Source: an uncultured Prevotellaceae bacterium (lineage in GTDB: Bacteria; Bacteroidota; Bacteroidia; Bacteroidales; Bacteroidaceae). Taken from it: a DNA stretch of 64,000 nt. The notes below the pieces were generated by a model, which saw nothing but the letters and a program-made list of their open reading frames with translations, had not been told where the DNA came from and did not search any database. Both the position numbers and the translations under genes were made by a program. This document shows, one piece after another, positions 57,308 through 64,000 of the stretch. Position 1 is the first letter of the stretch. Each line of letters begins with the position of its first letter. Location: the NCBI GenBank assembly GCA_900314715.1, contig OMWI01000007.1, positions 43,841-107,840 of the forward strand, given 5' to 3'.

Positions 57308-57434
57308 ATAATAAAGTTAGTGTGATTTTTGAGTTTTGTGAGAATCATTACTAATTCTTATAATAATTATGGTAAAAGTTTTTAGTTTTTTCTTTAATCG
57401 AAGTAACTTGTTCTTGTATCACAAAGTTGCAGGT

Positions 57435-58223
57435 ATGAGGCGATATGCTGTCGCAACAGCTATTCTATTAGTGACTTTTAGCTCTTCAGTTTCTGCTCAA
57501 GAAAATCCATGGATATTTGGATTGTATACACATGGATACCATTTTATCACAGGTAACATCCTGTCTCTTGCTAGGCAAATTGTGAATATTCCAATAGCTA
57601 AGGCAACAAATGGAGCAGCTTCTTTTGATCTAATTCCATTTAATCTTCATTACATGAGTTTCAAAGATAATGGTGAAAATGTGGATTATAAAATGGGAAA
57701 TCCGTATGGTTTTACAGCGTATGATTTGTTTAATGATTTGGAAGTAGGTGTTAAATTTGGGTGGCAAGGAGCCCAGTCTCCAATAGGTGCTTATGTGTAT
57801 GGTGCATATAGTATTAATCAACACAAAATGCGTTTCTTGGGTGAGCAAGAATATAGCAAGCATAAAATCCAAAGTTTCAAAGCTGGCATAGGTGTAAGAA
57901 TTTCTCCTTTAAGGTATTTGATGGATGATTATGATTGGTGTCCAATTATAGAATTGGGAACAATCTATGTACATAATTTTATGTATAAAGGTCCTAATGG
58001 AAGTGACATTGATCAGTTAAATAATGGTATGCGCACCTCATATGCCATTGGAGTTCAATTTGACGAAGGAGAACAGACTGTATTGGCATGTATGGATATT
58101 GCACACTACAACCTATTTAATAAAAACTATACACCCGATGATGGGTTCTGGTTTCCATACGCTAACTTCAAAAATCGTGATTTTTACTTTAGTATACGAT
58201 ATAGTAAAACTTTAGATTTTTAA
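57435..58223 (+). CDS. Secreted outer-membrane beta-barrel-like protein, paralog A
   Basis: Signal peptide MRRYAVATAILLVTFSSSVSAQ, alternating amphipathic strands, C-terminal Phe. Paralogous to 61920..62690. The track start at 57369 is less likely. Confidence 0.6.
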   Translation: MRRYAVATAILLVTFSSSVSAQENPWIFGLYTHGYHFITGNILSLARQIVNIPIAKATNGAASFDLIPFNLHYMSFKDNGENVDYKMGNPYGFTAYDLFNDLEVGVKFGWQGAQSPIGAYVYGAYSINQHKMRFLGEQEYSKHKIQSFKAGIGVRISPLRYLMDDYDWCPIIELGTIYVHNFMYKGPNGSDIDQLNNGMRTSYAIGVQFDEGEQTVLACMDIAHYNLFNKNYTPDDGFWFPYANFKNRDFYFSIRYSKTLDF

Positions 58224-58228
58224 TTAAT

Positions 58229-58636
58229 ATGAATATGAAAGTGATGAAGTGTTTATTTAATTTTTTATTATCATTGATAATATGCAATATCTTATGCTTG
58301 AGTTGCAAAAAAGATGATTTTAATCCAAGTCCGTCAGTACCATTTAATATAGTATGTAATGATTCGATACTTCATAATGGTGACTCTTTGTATGGACGTG
58401 TTGTTGTCAATAAGAATAAGATGATAAATGGTACAGTAATTAAGAAGATTGATTGCAGATTAGGAAATATTGTTATTGGTACTTCAGAGGATAAGTTTGA
58501 GTGCCCATTTGGGGTTCGATTGAAAGATAAGCCTATTGGAAAGCATACTTTCTCAGTTATTATCAAATGTGAAGTTCCTAATTATGACGAGACTTTTTGG
58601 AGACATGATTATAAAATGATTACTATAAAACAATAG
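58229..58636 (+). CDS. Small lipoprotein, unknown function
   Basis: Lipobox ...ILCLSC-KKDD; 135 aa; beta-rich composition. Confidence 0.6.
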   Translation: MNMKVMKCLFNFLLSLIICNILCLSCKKDDFNPSPSVPFNIVCNDSILHNGDSLYGRVVVNKNKMINGTVIKKIDCRLGNIVIGTSEDKFECPFGVRLKDKPIGKHTFSVIIKCEVPNYDETFWRHDYKMITIKQ

Positions 58637-58640
58637 AATT

Positions 58641-59186
58641 ATGAGAATGAGTCTTTTATTATTGTGGAGCATGTTATGCTCAGTTACTTCATTTGCGTCT
58701 TGCAATGGAGCAAAGGAAAAAGGTGGAAAGTATGAGGTGCGACCAGATTCAGGGGTGTACTACATGCTTGGGAAAACTATGTCGGACATAATGTTTAGTC
58801 CTACTAAGGTGACTTGTTACACCATTCTAGGAAAATCAAAAGTTTCTAAAGAAGATTATGAGTTGGAGCCACATTATGTTAGAGATTCTTTGATAGCAAA
58901 ATTGACTTCAAATCAAATAACACTATTGCAGTTTAACCTTCTCTCTGATGAGGAAAATTATAAGGAAGATTCCATCAAAGTAAAGAGTCCTTATGTTCCC
59001 TGTATAGAGATCTGTTTTGAAAAGAAAAAACAACAGCCTGTTCATGTGATTATTTCTTTCTCTGATTATAGTTGGACTGTTGTTTATGATGACAAACGCC
59101 AATTTAATTGGAACTATGCAGATAAAAGGCAGATAGAACGTTTGTGTAAAATGATTATGGGTGACGTGTTTAATAAAAATAAATAA
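58641..59186 (+). CDS. Lipoprotein, unknown function
   Basis: Lipobox ...VTSFASC-NGAKE; 181 aa. Confidence 0.6.
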   Translation: MRMSLLLLWSMLCSVTSFASCNGAKEKGGKYEVRPDSGVYYMLGKTMSDIMFSPTKVTCYTILGKSKVSKEDYELEPHYVRDSLIAKLTSNQITLLQFNLLSDEENYKEDSIKVKSPYVPCIEICFEKKKQQPVHVIISFSDYSWTVVYDDKRQFNWNYADKRQIERLCKMIMGDVFNKNK

Positions 59187-59201
59187 GGTAATTAAAATCA
59201 A

Positions 59202-60353
59202 ATGTTTATGAAGCGATTATTATATTTATTAGCCATTATGGCATTAAGTAACTTTTATGATGTGAAGGCAGAGAATGTAAAGGTACATGCTATAGTGTTT
59301 TGTAACACCAACGATCAAAAAATTGGTGAAAGCTGTAAAAATGATCAAATTCGATTTATTGAACAGATGGGAATCATAGAGACGGCCCTTGGCTGCGATG
59401 TTGATTGGATGAACATTTATACAGGCAAAGAATGCAACAAGCCAAATTTGGAAAGTGCAATGTCAAATTTAAAGTGTAATTCTAATGATGTCGTATTCTT
59501 CTATTATTCAGGTCATGGAGTTCATGCAAAAGCCGACCCTGCTGATGGTTGGCTTCCTCAAATGTGTTTAAATTACGAATCATATGATCAAGATAAATTT
59601 GTGCCTGTAACATATGTAAGGGATAAACTTGCATTAATGAATGCAAGGCTGAAAATTATCATTACTGATTGTTGTAATAATGAGGCATCTTGGGTTACGG
59701 TAAAAGGATTGATAGCTTCTGATGAAAGTACACCAAATGTTGATGACATAGATGTTGGGAAATTGAAGAAGCTATTCATTGATAGTCGTGGTACAGTGAT
59801 TGCCACAAGTAGTAAACGAGGTCAGATGTCTTTAGGTCCTAAAGAGGGAGGGTGCTTTTCAATGGCATTTTGGGATGAAATATATCAAATAGAGCATGGT
59901 AAAGGGTCTCCAAACTGGAAATCTGTTATGGAAGAAACAAGAAAAAGGACGTTATCATATACAAATAACAAACAAGAACCAGAATTTAAGGCTGATGTTA
60001 ATATTGATGGCTATAATTCTTCACTCCCCCCCCAAACAACTCCAAATCCTGTCATTATTGCTGTAGGTGAAAATGAACTTGGTGAGGCTTTTAAGCAAAT
60101 AGTTAATCCATCATATAGTAGGATGGAACGTAAAAATATGGTAGGAGGCATTGTACAAAGATTGTTTGATCCTAAAGCCCAGGTAATTATGGTAGGGAGA
60201 AATCTTACATCTAAAGTTGGTGAGCCCCAAAATATATCAGATTATCTCAATGAATTGGCACTGAGTAAGACTGTAAGAGGAATTAATATTATAAGAGCGA
60301 ATAAAAGCAATTCAGGGAAATATGATTACATTATTGTTAGTGAAATAAGATAA
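59202..60353 (+). CDS. Secreted caspase-like cysteine protease (clan CD, peptidase C14-like) with an extra ~100-aa C-terminal domain
   Basis: Signal peptide MFMKRLLYLLAIMALSNFYDVKA. A hydrophobic strand plus SGHG (VVFFYYSGHG, His105 at 59514-59516). A hydrophobic strand plus DCC (KIIITDCCNN, Cys157 at 59670-59672). The spacing is caspase-like. Confidence 0.7.
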   Translation: MFMKRLLYLLAIMALSNFYDVKAENVKVHAIVFCNTNDQKIGESCKNDQIRFIEQMGIIETALGCDVDWMNIYTGKECNKPNLESAMSNLKCNSNDVVFFYYSGHGVHAKADPADGWLPQMCLNYESYDQDKFVPVTYVRDKLALMNARLKIIITDCCNNEASWVTVKGLIASDESTPNVDDIDVGKLKKLFIDSRGTVIATSSKRGQMSLGPKEGGCFSMAFWDEIYQIEHGKGSPNWKSVMEETRKRTLSYTNNKQEPEFKADVNIDGYNSSLPPQTTPNPVIIAVGENELGEAFKQIVNPSYSRMERKNMVGGIVQRLFDPKAQVIMVGRNLTSKVGEPQNISDYLNELALSKTVRGINIIRANKSNSGKYDYIIVSEIR

Positions 60354-60368
60354 TACATATTAATTGTT

Positions 60369-61025
60369 ATGAAAACAAAAGTTTTATTAATTTTGATGGT
60401 TTTTTGTGCATTTGTAATTAATGCTTATGCACAGAGTGGGTATGAACTTTCACAAGAAGAGAGGGAAACAATCGAACAACGTGTCATTGAAAAGATTAAT
60501 GACTTCCTTTCTTATCTCCCTGAAATAGCGGCAAAAAGCGACAAGTCAAAAGAAGAAAAGGAACTCGCATTAAATTATATTGATTTGGCCTTGAAACTTT
60601 TCATAGGAGAAGGAAAAGATTATCAATATAGAGATCAAGCTGGGGTCTGGCGTTGGCATGAAGCAGTTAAGATGCAAACTACTTCAAGGGGAAGGGCGAA
60701 TAGACCACAGCCTATGGTAAGGTATTTAAATAAGTTAATGGCTTTGCCATACCAAACAGTGGAAGTTGACACTTGCTCTGCAGTAAGGATAAATAAAAAA
60801 CTTCATCCTACTGGTGATGGTCGATATACCGGAAGTGCTGTGTTTATTCAAGCTTTTCGTGCAACTCGTGATGGACGGCTCGTCGTTAATGACAAGGATG
60901 CCAAGCAAGTTACAATTTATGTTGAACGTAAAGATATAGATTTGGGACCTATTGGTGGAATAGAGACTGTTTGGATTATAAAGCTTGGCGATATTAGGAT
61001 TACTACTAGCTGGAGCAGTATGTAA
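60369..61025 (+). CDS. Secreted protein, unknown function
   Basis: Signal peptide MKTKVLLILMVFCAFVINAYAQ; 218 aa. Confidence 0.6.
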   Translation: MKTKVLLILMVFCAFVINAYAQSGYELSQEERETIEQRVIEKINDFLSYLPEIAAKSDKSKEEKELALNYIDLALKLFIGEGKDYQYRDQAGVWRWHEAVKMQTTSRGRANRPQPMVRYLNKLMALPYQTVEVDTCSAVRINKKLHPTGDGRYTGSAVFIQAFRATRDGRLVVNDKDAKQVTIYVERKDIDLGPIGGIETVWIIKLGDIRITTSWSSM

Positions 61026-61104
61026 ATTAATTATTTAATACTGAAAGCCTTGGGTTATATAAATGTAATCCCAAGTGCTGTAGTGAAAGAGACAAGGTTG
61101 TATT

Positions 61105-61923
61105 ATGAGAGAAATTTTGATAATTATCTTAATCGTATCATTAGCAATGGATAGTAAAGGACAGTCGGTGTCAATGTTTGGCACGGAAGATTATTATGAT
61201 ACAATATTCCGTCAAAGTGTTAAGTCTTGTGATGAATTTATGTGTAGATTCAATGAAGAAGAGTTTTTTCCTGATTTAGAGAAGAATGATCCTCAGTTAG
61301 GACAAAAAAACTTCTTGATGCTATTTGACTATGAAATGGCAAAAGATAAAAATAAAGACGATTTTTTGAAACAAGTTTTTTTATTTTATGATGCAGTTAA
61401 AACAAATGGGACAAAACTGAAATATGAAAGTAAAAATTGGTATGCAGAACAGCGTATCATGTTCTTCTTTAATAAAAAACCAATCGAATTATGTTTAATC
61501 TTACAACCAGATAAAACGCCCAAAAAACTTTCATGTTGGACAGTTGTTGGTGTTAATGGATTAGAGAAAGTTGGATATAAGGATGCTGTTGATAGAATGG
61601 CTATTAGCCCAGAACAGCATGAAGCGGAATTCATTGAGTTAGAAAGTGTTTTTAAGTTTAACTCAAAAAACTTTTCTCAATTTAGAAGTTACAATTGTCA
61701 TCTTGATGCATTAAGTTATTTCTTTGCGCTTGTGGAAAAGGGAATGTTAGTATTTGACAAACGTATATCCACTACTTTTCATTTCTTTGATGTGCCCTCA
61801 TATGTGTTTAGTGTAAATTATTTTAATAGAAAAAAATCAAATACAGGATGGTTAATCTCTGAATATAAAAAAGTCAGTTATGACGAAAAAGAGTCAATCT
61901 TAAATAAATTATTAAGCAAATGA
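61105..61923 (+). CDS. Secreted protein, unknown function
   Basis: Hydrophobic N-terminus MREILIIILIVSLAMDSKGQ; 272 aa; ATGA overlap with the next gene. Confidence 0.55.
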   Translation: MREILIIILIVSLAMDSKGQSVSMFGTEDYYDTIFRQSVKSCDEFMCRFNEEEFFPDLEKNDPQLGQKNFLMLFDYEMAKDKNKDDFLKQVFLFYDAVKTNGTKLKYESKNWYAEQRIMFFFNKKPIELCLILQPDKTPKKLSCWTVVGVNGLEKVGYKDAVDRMAISPEQHEAEFIELESVFKFNSKNFSQFRSYNCHLDALSYFFALVEKGMLVFDKRISTTFHFFDVPSYVFSVNYFNRKKSNTGWLISEYKKVSYDEKESILNKLLSK

Positions 61924-62690
61924 AAAAAATAATACCAATACTTATTTGTTTCTTGTGTGTACATTCCAACATAATGGCACAATCAGAAATAAAGTTTAAG
62001 AATCATCATCTGATTTTTAATTGTGATATCGCATCAGGTAATCCATATATCCTTGCAGCATCAAGTGTTAGTACAGGATTAATAAACTATTATTTGTTAA
62101 ATGATGCTTTTTTTGAAAACTCTTTTGCATATAACTTATATTCAACAAATGTGGATGGTTTAAAAGCTAAGACCATGAACCCTATGGGATTGACAGCAAG
62201 TGAACTATTTAATAATTTTCAAGTAGGTTTAAAACTTGGTTATCAGACTTATAGTCCAGAATTCATAAATGTTGGTCTTTATGTGTCTGCACATTATAAA
62301 ATAGATCAATTCAAGATAGGGACAAATGATGATAATATGGCAAAGCATCGAGCACAAAGAGCAATATTTGGAACAACTGCTTTGTTGTCTTTGGGAAGTA
62401 TGGGACAACCATCGCGTATAATAATTGAGGCAGGATGTCGTTATAGCTTTGGTCTTGCTTACAAGTCACCATTAGGAAACGATAAAGATCAACTAAATGA
62501 TGGATTTGTTAGTCATTTTGGAATCAAGATAGCAAGTAGAGGAATGTTACAAAATATTGGTATTTATGCGGATATCAATCATTTCAATTTGTGGAAAGAA
62601 TATCGTACGAATCAAAAATTAAATAATTGGACTGTGGGTGTAACATGGACAATTACTCCTCAACAAGCTGATAACAGAAAAAAAATGTAG
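61920..62690 (+). CDS. Secreted outer-membrane beta-barrel-like protein, paralog B
   Basis: Signal peptide MKKIIPILICFLCVHSNIMAQ. Blocks shared with 57435..58223: NPMGLTASELFNNFQVGLKLGYQ vs NPYGFTAYDLFNDLEVGVKFGWQ; DKDQLNDG vs DIDQLNNG; DINHFNLW vs DIAHYNLF. Confidence 0.6.
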   Translation: MKKIIPILICFLCVHSNIMAQSEIKFKNHHLIFNCDIASGNPYILAASSVSTGLINYYLLNDAFFENSFAYNLYSTNVDGLKAKTMNPMGLTASELFNNFQVGLKLGYQTYSPEFINVGLYVSAHYKIDQFKIGTNDDNMAKHRAQRAIFGTTALLSLGSMGQPSRIIIEAGCRYSFGLAYKSPLGNDKDQLNDGFVSHFGIKIASRGMLQNIGIYADINHFNLWKEYRTNQKLNNWTVGVTWTITPQQADNRKKM

Positions 62691-62693
62691 ATT

Positions 62694-63545
62694 ATGAAAA
62701 TAATTATATCTTTTGTTTTTTTGTTGATTCCATCTTTTGCATTTTCTTCGGCCATAGATAATCAATTTCTTTCAAAAGCTGAAAGGAAGGTGGAAACTAT
62801 GTATCAAGATTTGAAGATACTTTCTGATAAGAACTCTTCAAAAGCACGTGAGATTAGAAGAACTTTTGTGGACAAGTATTTTAAGGAATCTGATCAGAAT
62901 TCTCCTAATGAATTTAAGTATCTTGGATATAATAACCCAGATGTTCAAGCTTTTAAAACAGACATTGCAGCTCGTGGATATGTTAACTATTTCTATGATA
63001 TGTTTCGAAACCAAAAATATGCAAACTGTTCTTTTAGCTTTCAGAGGAGATATAGCAACATTATACATGGACCAGAATTTAAAAAGAATGAAGCTCCCCC
63101 CAAATTGGCTCAAGTTATTGTAAGAAAAGTTTATTCTCGAAATGGAAAACCATTTCAAGTATTTGAAGATACATTAATCGTGGGATTGGAGCAAATGAAA
63201 GTACATAAGTGGGCCAATAAGATAAGTCGGCACCACATTGGCGATTTCGAAAGTAATCAAATATTGGATGTTGAGCAGATGAAAGATAATGCTGATTTAG
63301 CGTATGATAAAAAGAACTATCATAAAGCATATCAAATTTATCAGTCAATAGTTAACAAATATCCAAATGAGGGAGATCCGTATTATCGGATGGCAATTAT
63401 GCTCTATAAAAAGAACTATGGGGAATATTTAAATAAAAAAGAAAGGCAAAAACTTATCCTTGATTATTTGGATAAGGCAATAAATCTTGGCACTTCTACA
63501 ACCAAAGCATGTGCTGACAATATGAAATATTGGATTACATGTTAA
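62694..63545 (+). CDS. Secreted protein with a C-terminal TPR-like helical segment, unknown function
   Basis: Signal peptide MKIIISFVFLLIPSFAFSSA. The C-terminal AYDKKNYHKAYQIYQSIVNKYPNEGDPYYRMAIMLY looks TPR-like. Confidence 0.55.
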   Translation: MKIIISFVFLLIPSFAFSSAIDNQFLSKAERKVETMYQDLKILSDKNSSKAREIRRTFVDKYFKESDQNSPNEFKYLGYNNPDVQAFKTDIAARGYVNYFYDMFRNQKYANCSFSFQRRYSNIIHGPEFKKNEAPPKLAQVIVRKVYSRNGKPFQVFEDTLIVGLEQMKVHKWANKISRHHIGDFESNQILDVEQMKDNADLAYDKKNYHKAYQIYQSIVNKYPNEGDPYYRMAIMLYKKNYGEYLNKKERQKLILDYLDKAINLGTSTTKACADNMKYWITC

Positions 63546-63714
63546 TTGTTTAAGTTATGCGTAGCAAATTTGTTATAAATGACAGCCTATGTCAAGTAGG
63601 AAGATATCTCGATTTTTATTTGCTTCAAAGCTAATAAGATTTGCTTTTTTCTGTCCATATAGTATTTGCCGTGAAAAACCTCACAAACTATTTTTCTATT
63701 CATTGAAAAAAGAG

Positions 63715-63722
63715 TATCTTTG
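63715..63722 (+). promoter_or_regulatory. -7 promoter box (TAtcTTTG) for the helicase gene
   Basis: Exact TAnnTTTG, ~22 nt upstream of the candidate GTG start. Confidence 0.45.
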
Positions 63723-63743
63723 TGCCCAATACTGGATAAAACG

Positions 63744-64000
63744 GTGACAATAGAAGACCTTTGCGGACATATTCGCCATCATTTCGGTTTCGTACCAACC
63801 ACGGAACAAGAGAATGCGCTACAGACGTTTTCCCGTTTTATGTTTGATCGTGAGAAACATACTCTCATGATTCTGCGCGGTTGTGCAGGCACGGGAAAAA
63901 CTTCCTTGGCTGGTGCTTTCGTGCGTACGATGATGAAGTTGGGACAAAAAGTGGTGTTGATGGCACCAACGGGAAGGGCTGCAAAGGTGTTTTCGCTCAA
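63744..64000 (+). CDS. Partial RecD/Dda-like (AAA_30) ATP-dependent DNA helicase, N-terminus only
   Basis: My own translation: VTIEDLCGHIRHHFGFVPTTEQENALQTFSRFMFDREKHTLMILRGCAGTGKTSLAGAFVRTMMKLGQKVVLMAPTGRAAKVFSL. It has Walker A (GCAGTGKTS) and APTGRAAK. The frame opens at 63675 with no in-frame ATG, so a GTG or TTG start is assumed. The track's minus-strand ORF 63779..64000 is antisense noise. Confidence 0.7.
   Translation, partial: MTIEDLCGHIRHHFGFVPTTEQENALQTFSRFMFDREKHTLMILRGCAGTGKTSLAGAFVRTMMKLGQKVVLMAPTGRAAKVFSL

Noticed and set aside
56618-57310. A Mn2+ (yybP-ykoY) riboswitch controlling the TerC/Alx-family gene.
   Set aside because: An exact -7 box lies only ~53 nt upstream of the terC ATG (56677-56670), which leaves no room for the riboswitch. 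The structured, GC-rich segment has its promoter and terminator on the opposite (plus) strand. I could not find the conserved GGGGAGUAG / UUGACA-type elements on the minus strand.
57120-57311. The 63-aa plus-strand ORF and the 70-aa minus-strand ORF (57038-57250) inside the RNA candidate.
   Set aside because: There is no signal, domain or compositional support. The plus ORF runs straight through the terminator hairpin. The region is better explained as structured RNA.
63779-64000. The 73-aa minus-strand ORF at the right edge.
   Set aside because: The opposite strand encodes an unmistakable RecD/Dda-like helicase N-terminus with Walker A (GCAGTGKTS) and APTGRAAK.

Overview
The window looks like a chromosomal segment of a Bacteroidales genome, probably Prevotella/Segatella-like. 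Three things point that way: SusC/SusD genes, TAnnTTTG -7 promoter boxes and a T9SS C-terminal sorting tail. This taxon call is an inference. By eye I found no rRNA, tRNA, CRISPR array, transposase or integrase.

Layout, left to right:
1. 1-13.9 kb, all minus strand: an AT-rich surface-polysaccharide locus in two blocks. The distal block has a Wzy-like polymerase, four glycosyltransferases, a TupA-like ATP-grasp and Wzx. The proximal block has a second ATP-grasp, a DegT-like protein, Ugd, a UDP-GlcA 4-epimerase-like SDR, a nucleotidyltransferase and a GalA-kinase-like GHMP kinase.
2. 14-17.3 kb: an S9 peptidase and a patatin-like lipase.
3. 17.3-41.4 kb: a starch/maltodextrin regulon. A pullulanase / Gfo-Idh-MocA / GH97 / GH77 operon and a LacI-MFS unit diverge from a susCDEF-like PUL plus a GH13 amylase. 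The two parts share an identical LacI-type palindrome. An ECF sigma pair, a serine hydrolase and a PAP2 phosphatase lie in between.
4. 41.4-45.5 kb: an extended RluA-family protein, a TonB-dependent receptor and a small Cys/His-rich protein.
5. 45.7-54.5 kb: citDEF-citX-(citC-citG fusion)-aconitase-isocitrate dehydrogenase, all co-directional.
6. 54.8-56.6 kb: mgtC and terC.
7. 56.9-63.5 kb, the most unusual part: a roughly 430-nt GC-enriched, promoter- and terminator-bounded candidate structured RNA. It is followed by an AT-rich eight-gene operon in which every product carries a signal peptide or lipobox. That operon is centred on a caspase-like (clan CD/C14) protease and includes two paralogous beta-barrel-like proteins.
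8. Right edge: the start of a RecD/Dda-like helicase.

A recurring oddity is a set of short-period (7- or 9-bp) quasi-palindromic tandem arrays. They sit in intergenic gaps and, in one case, inside a coding region.

All calls rest on reading the translations and the sequence by eye; no searches were run.
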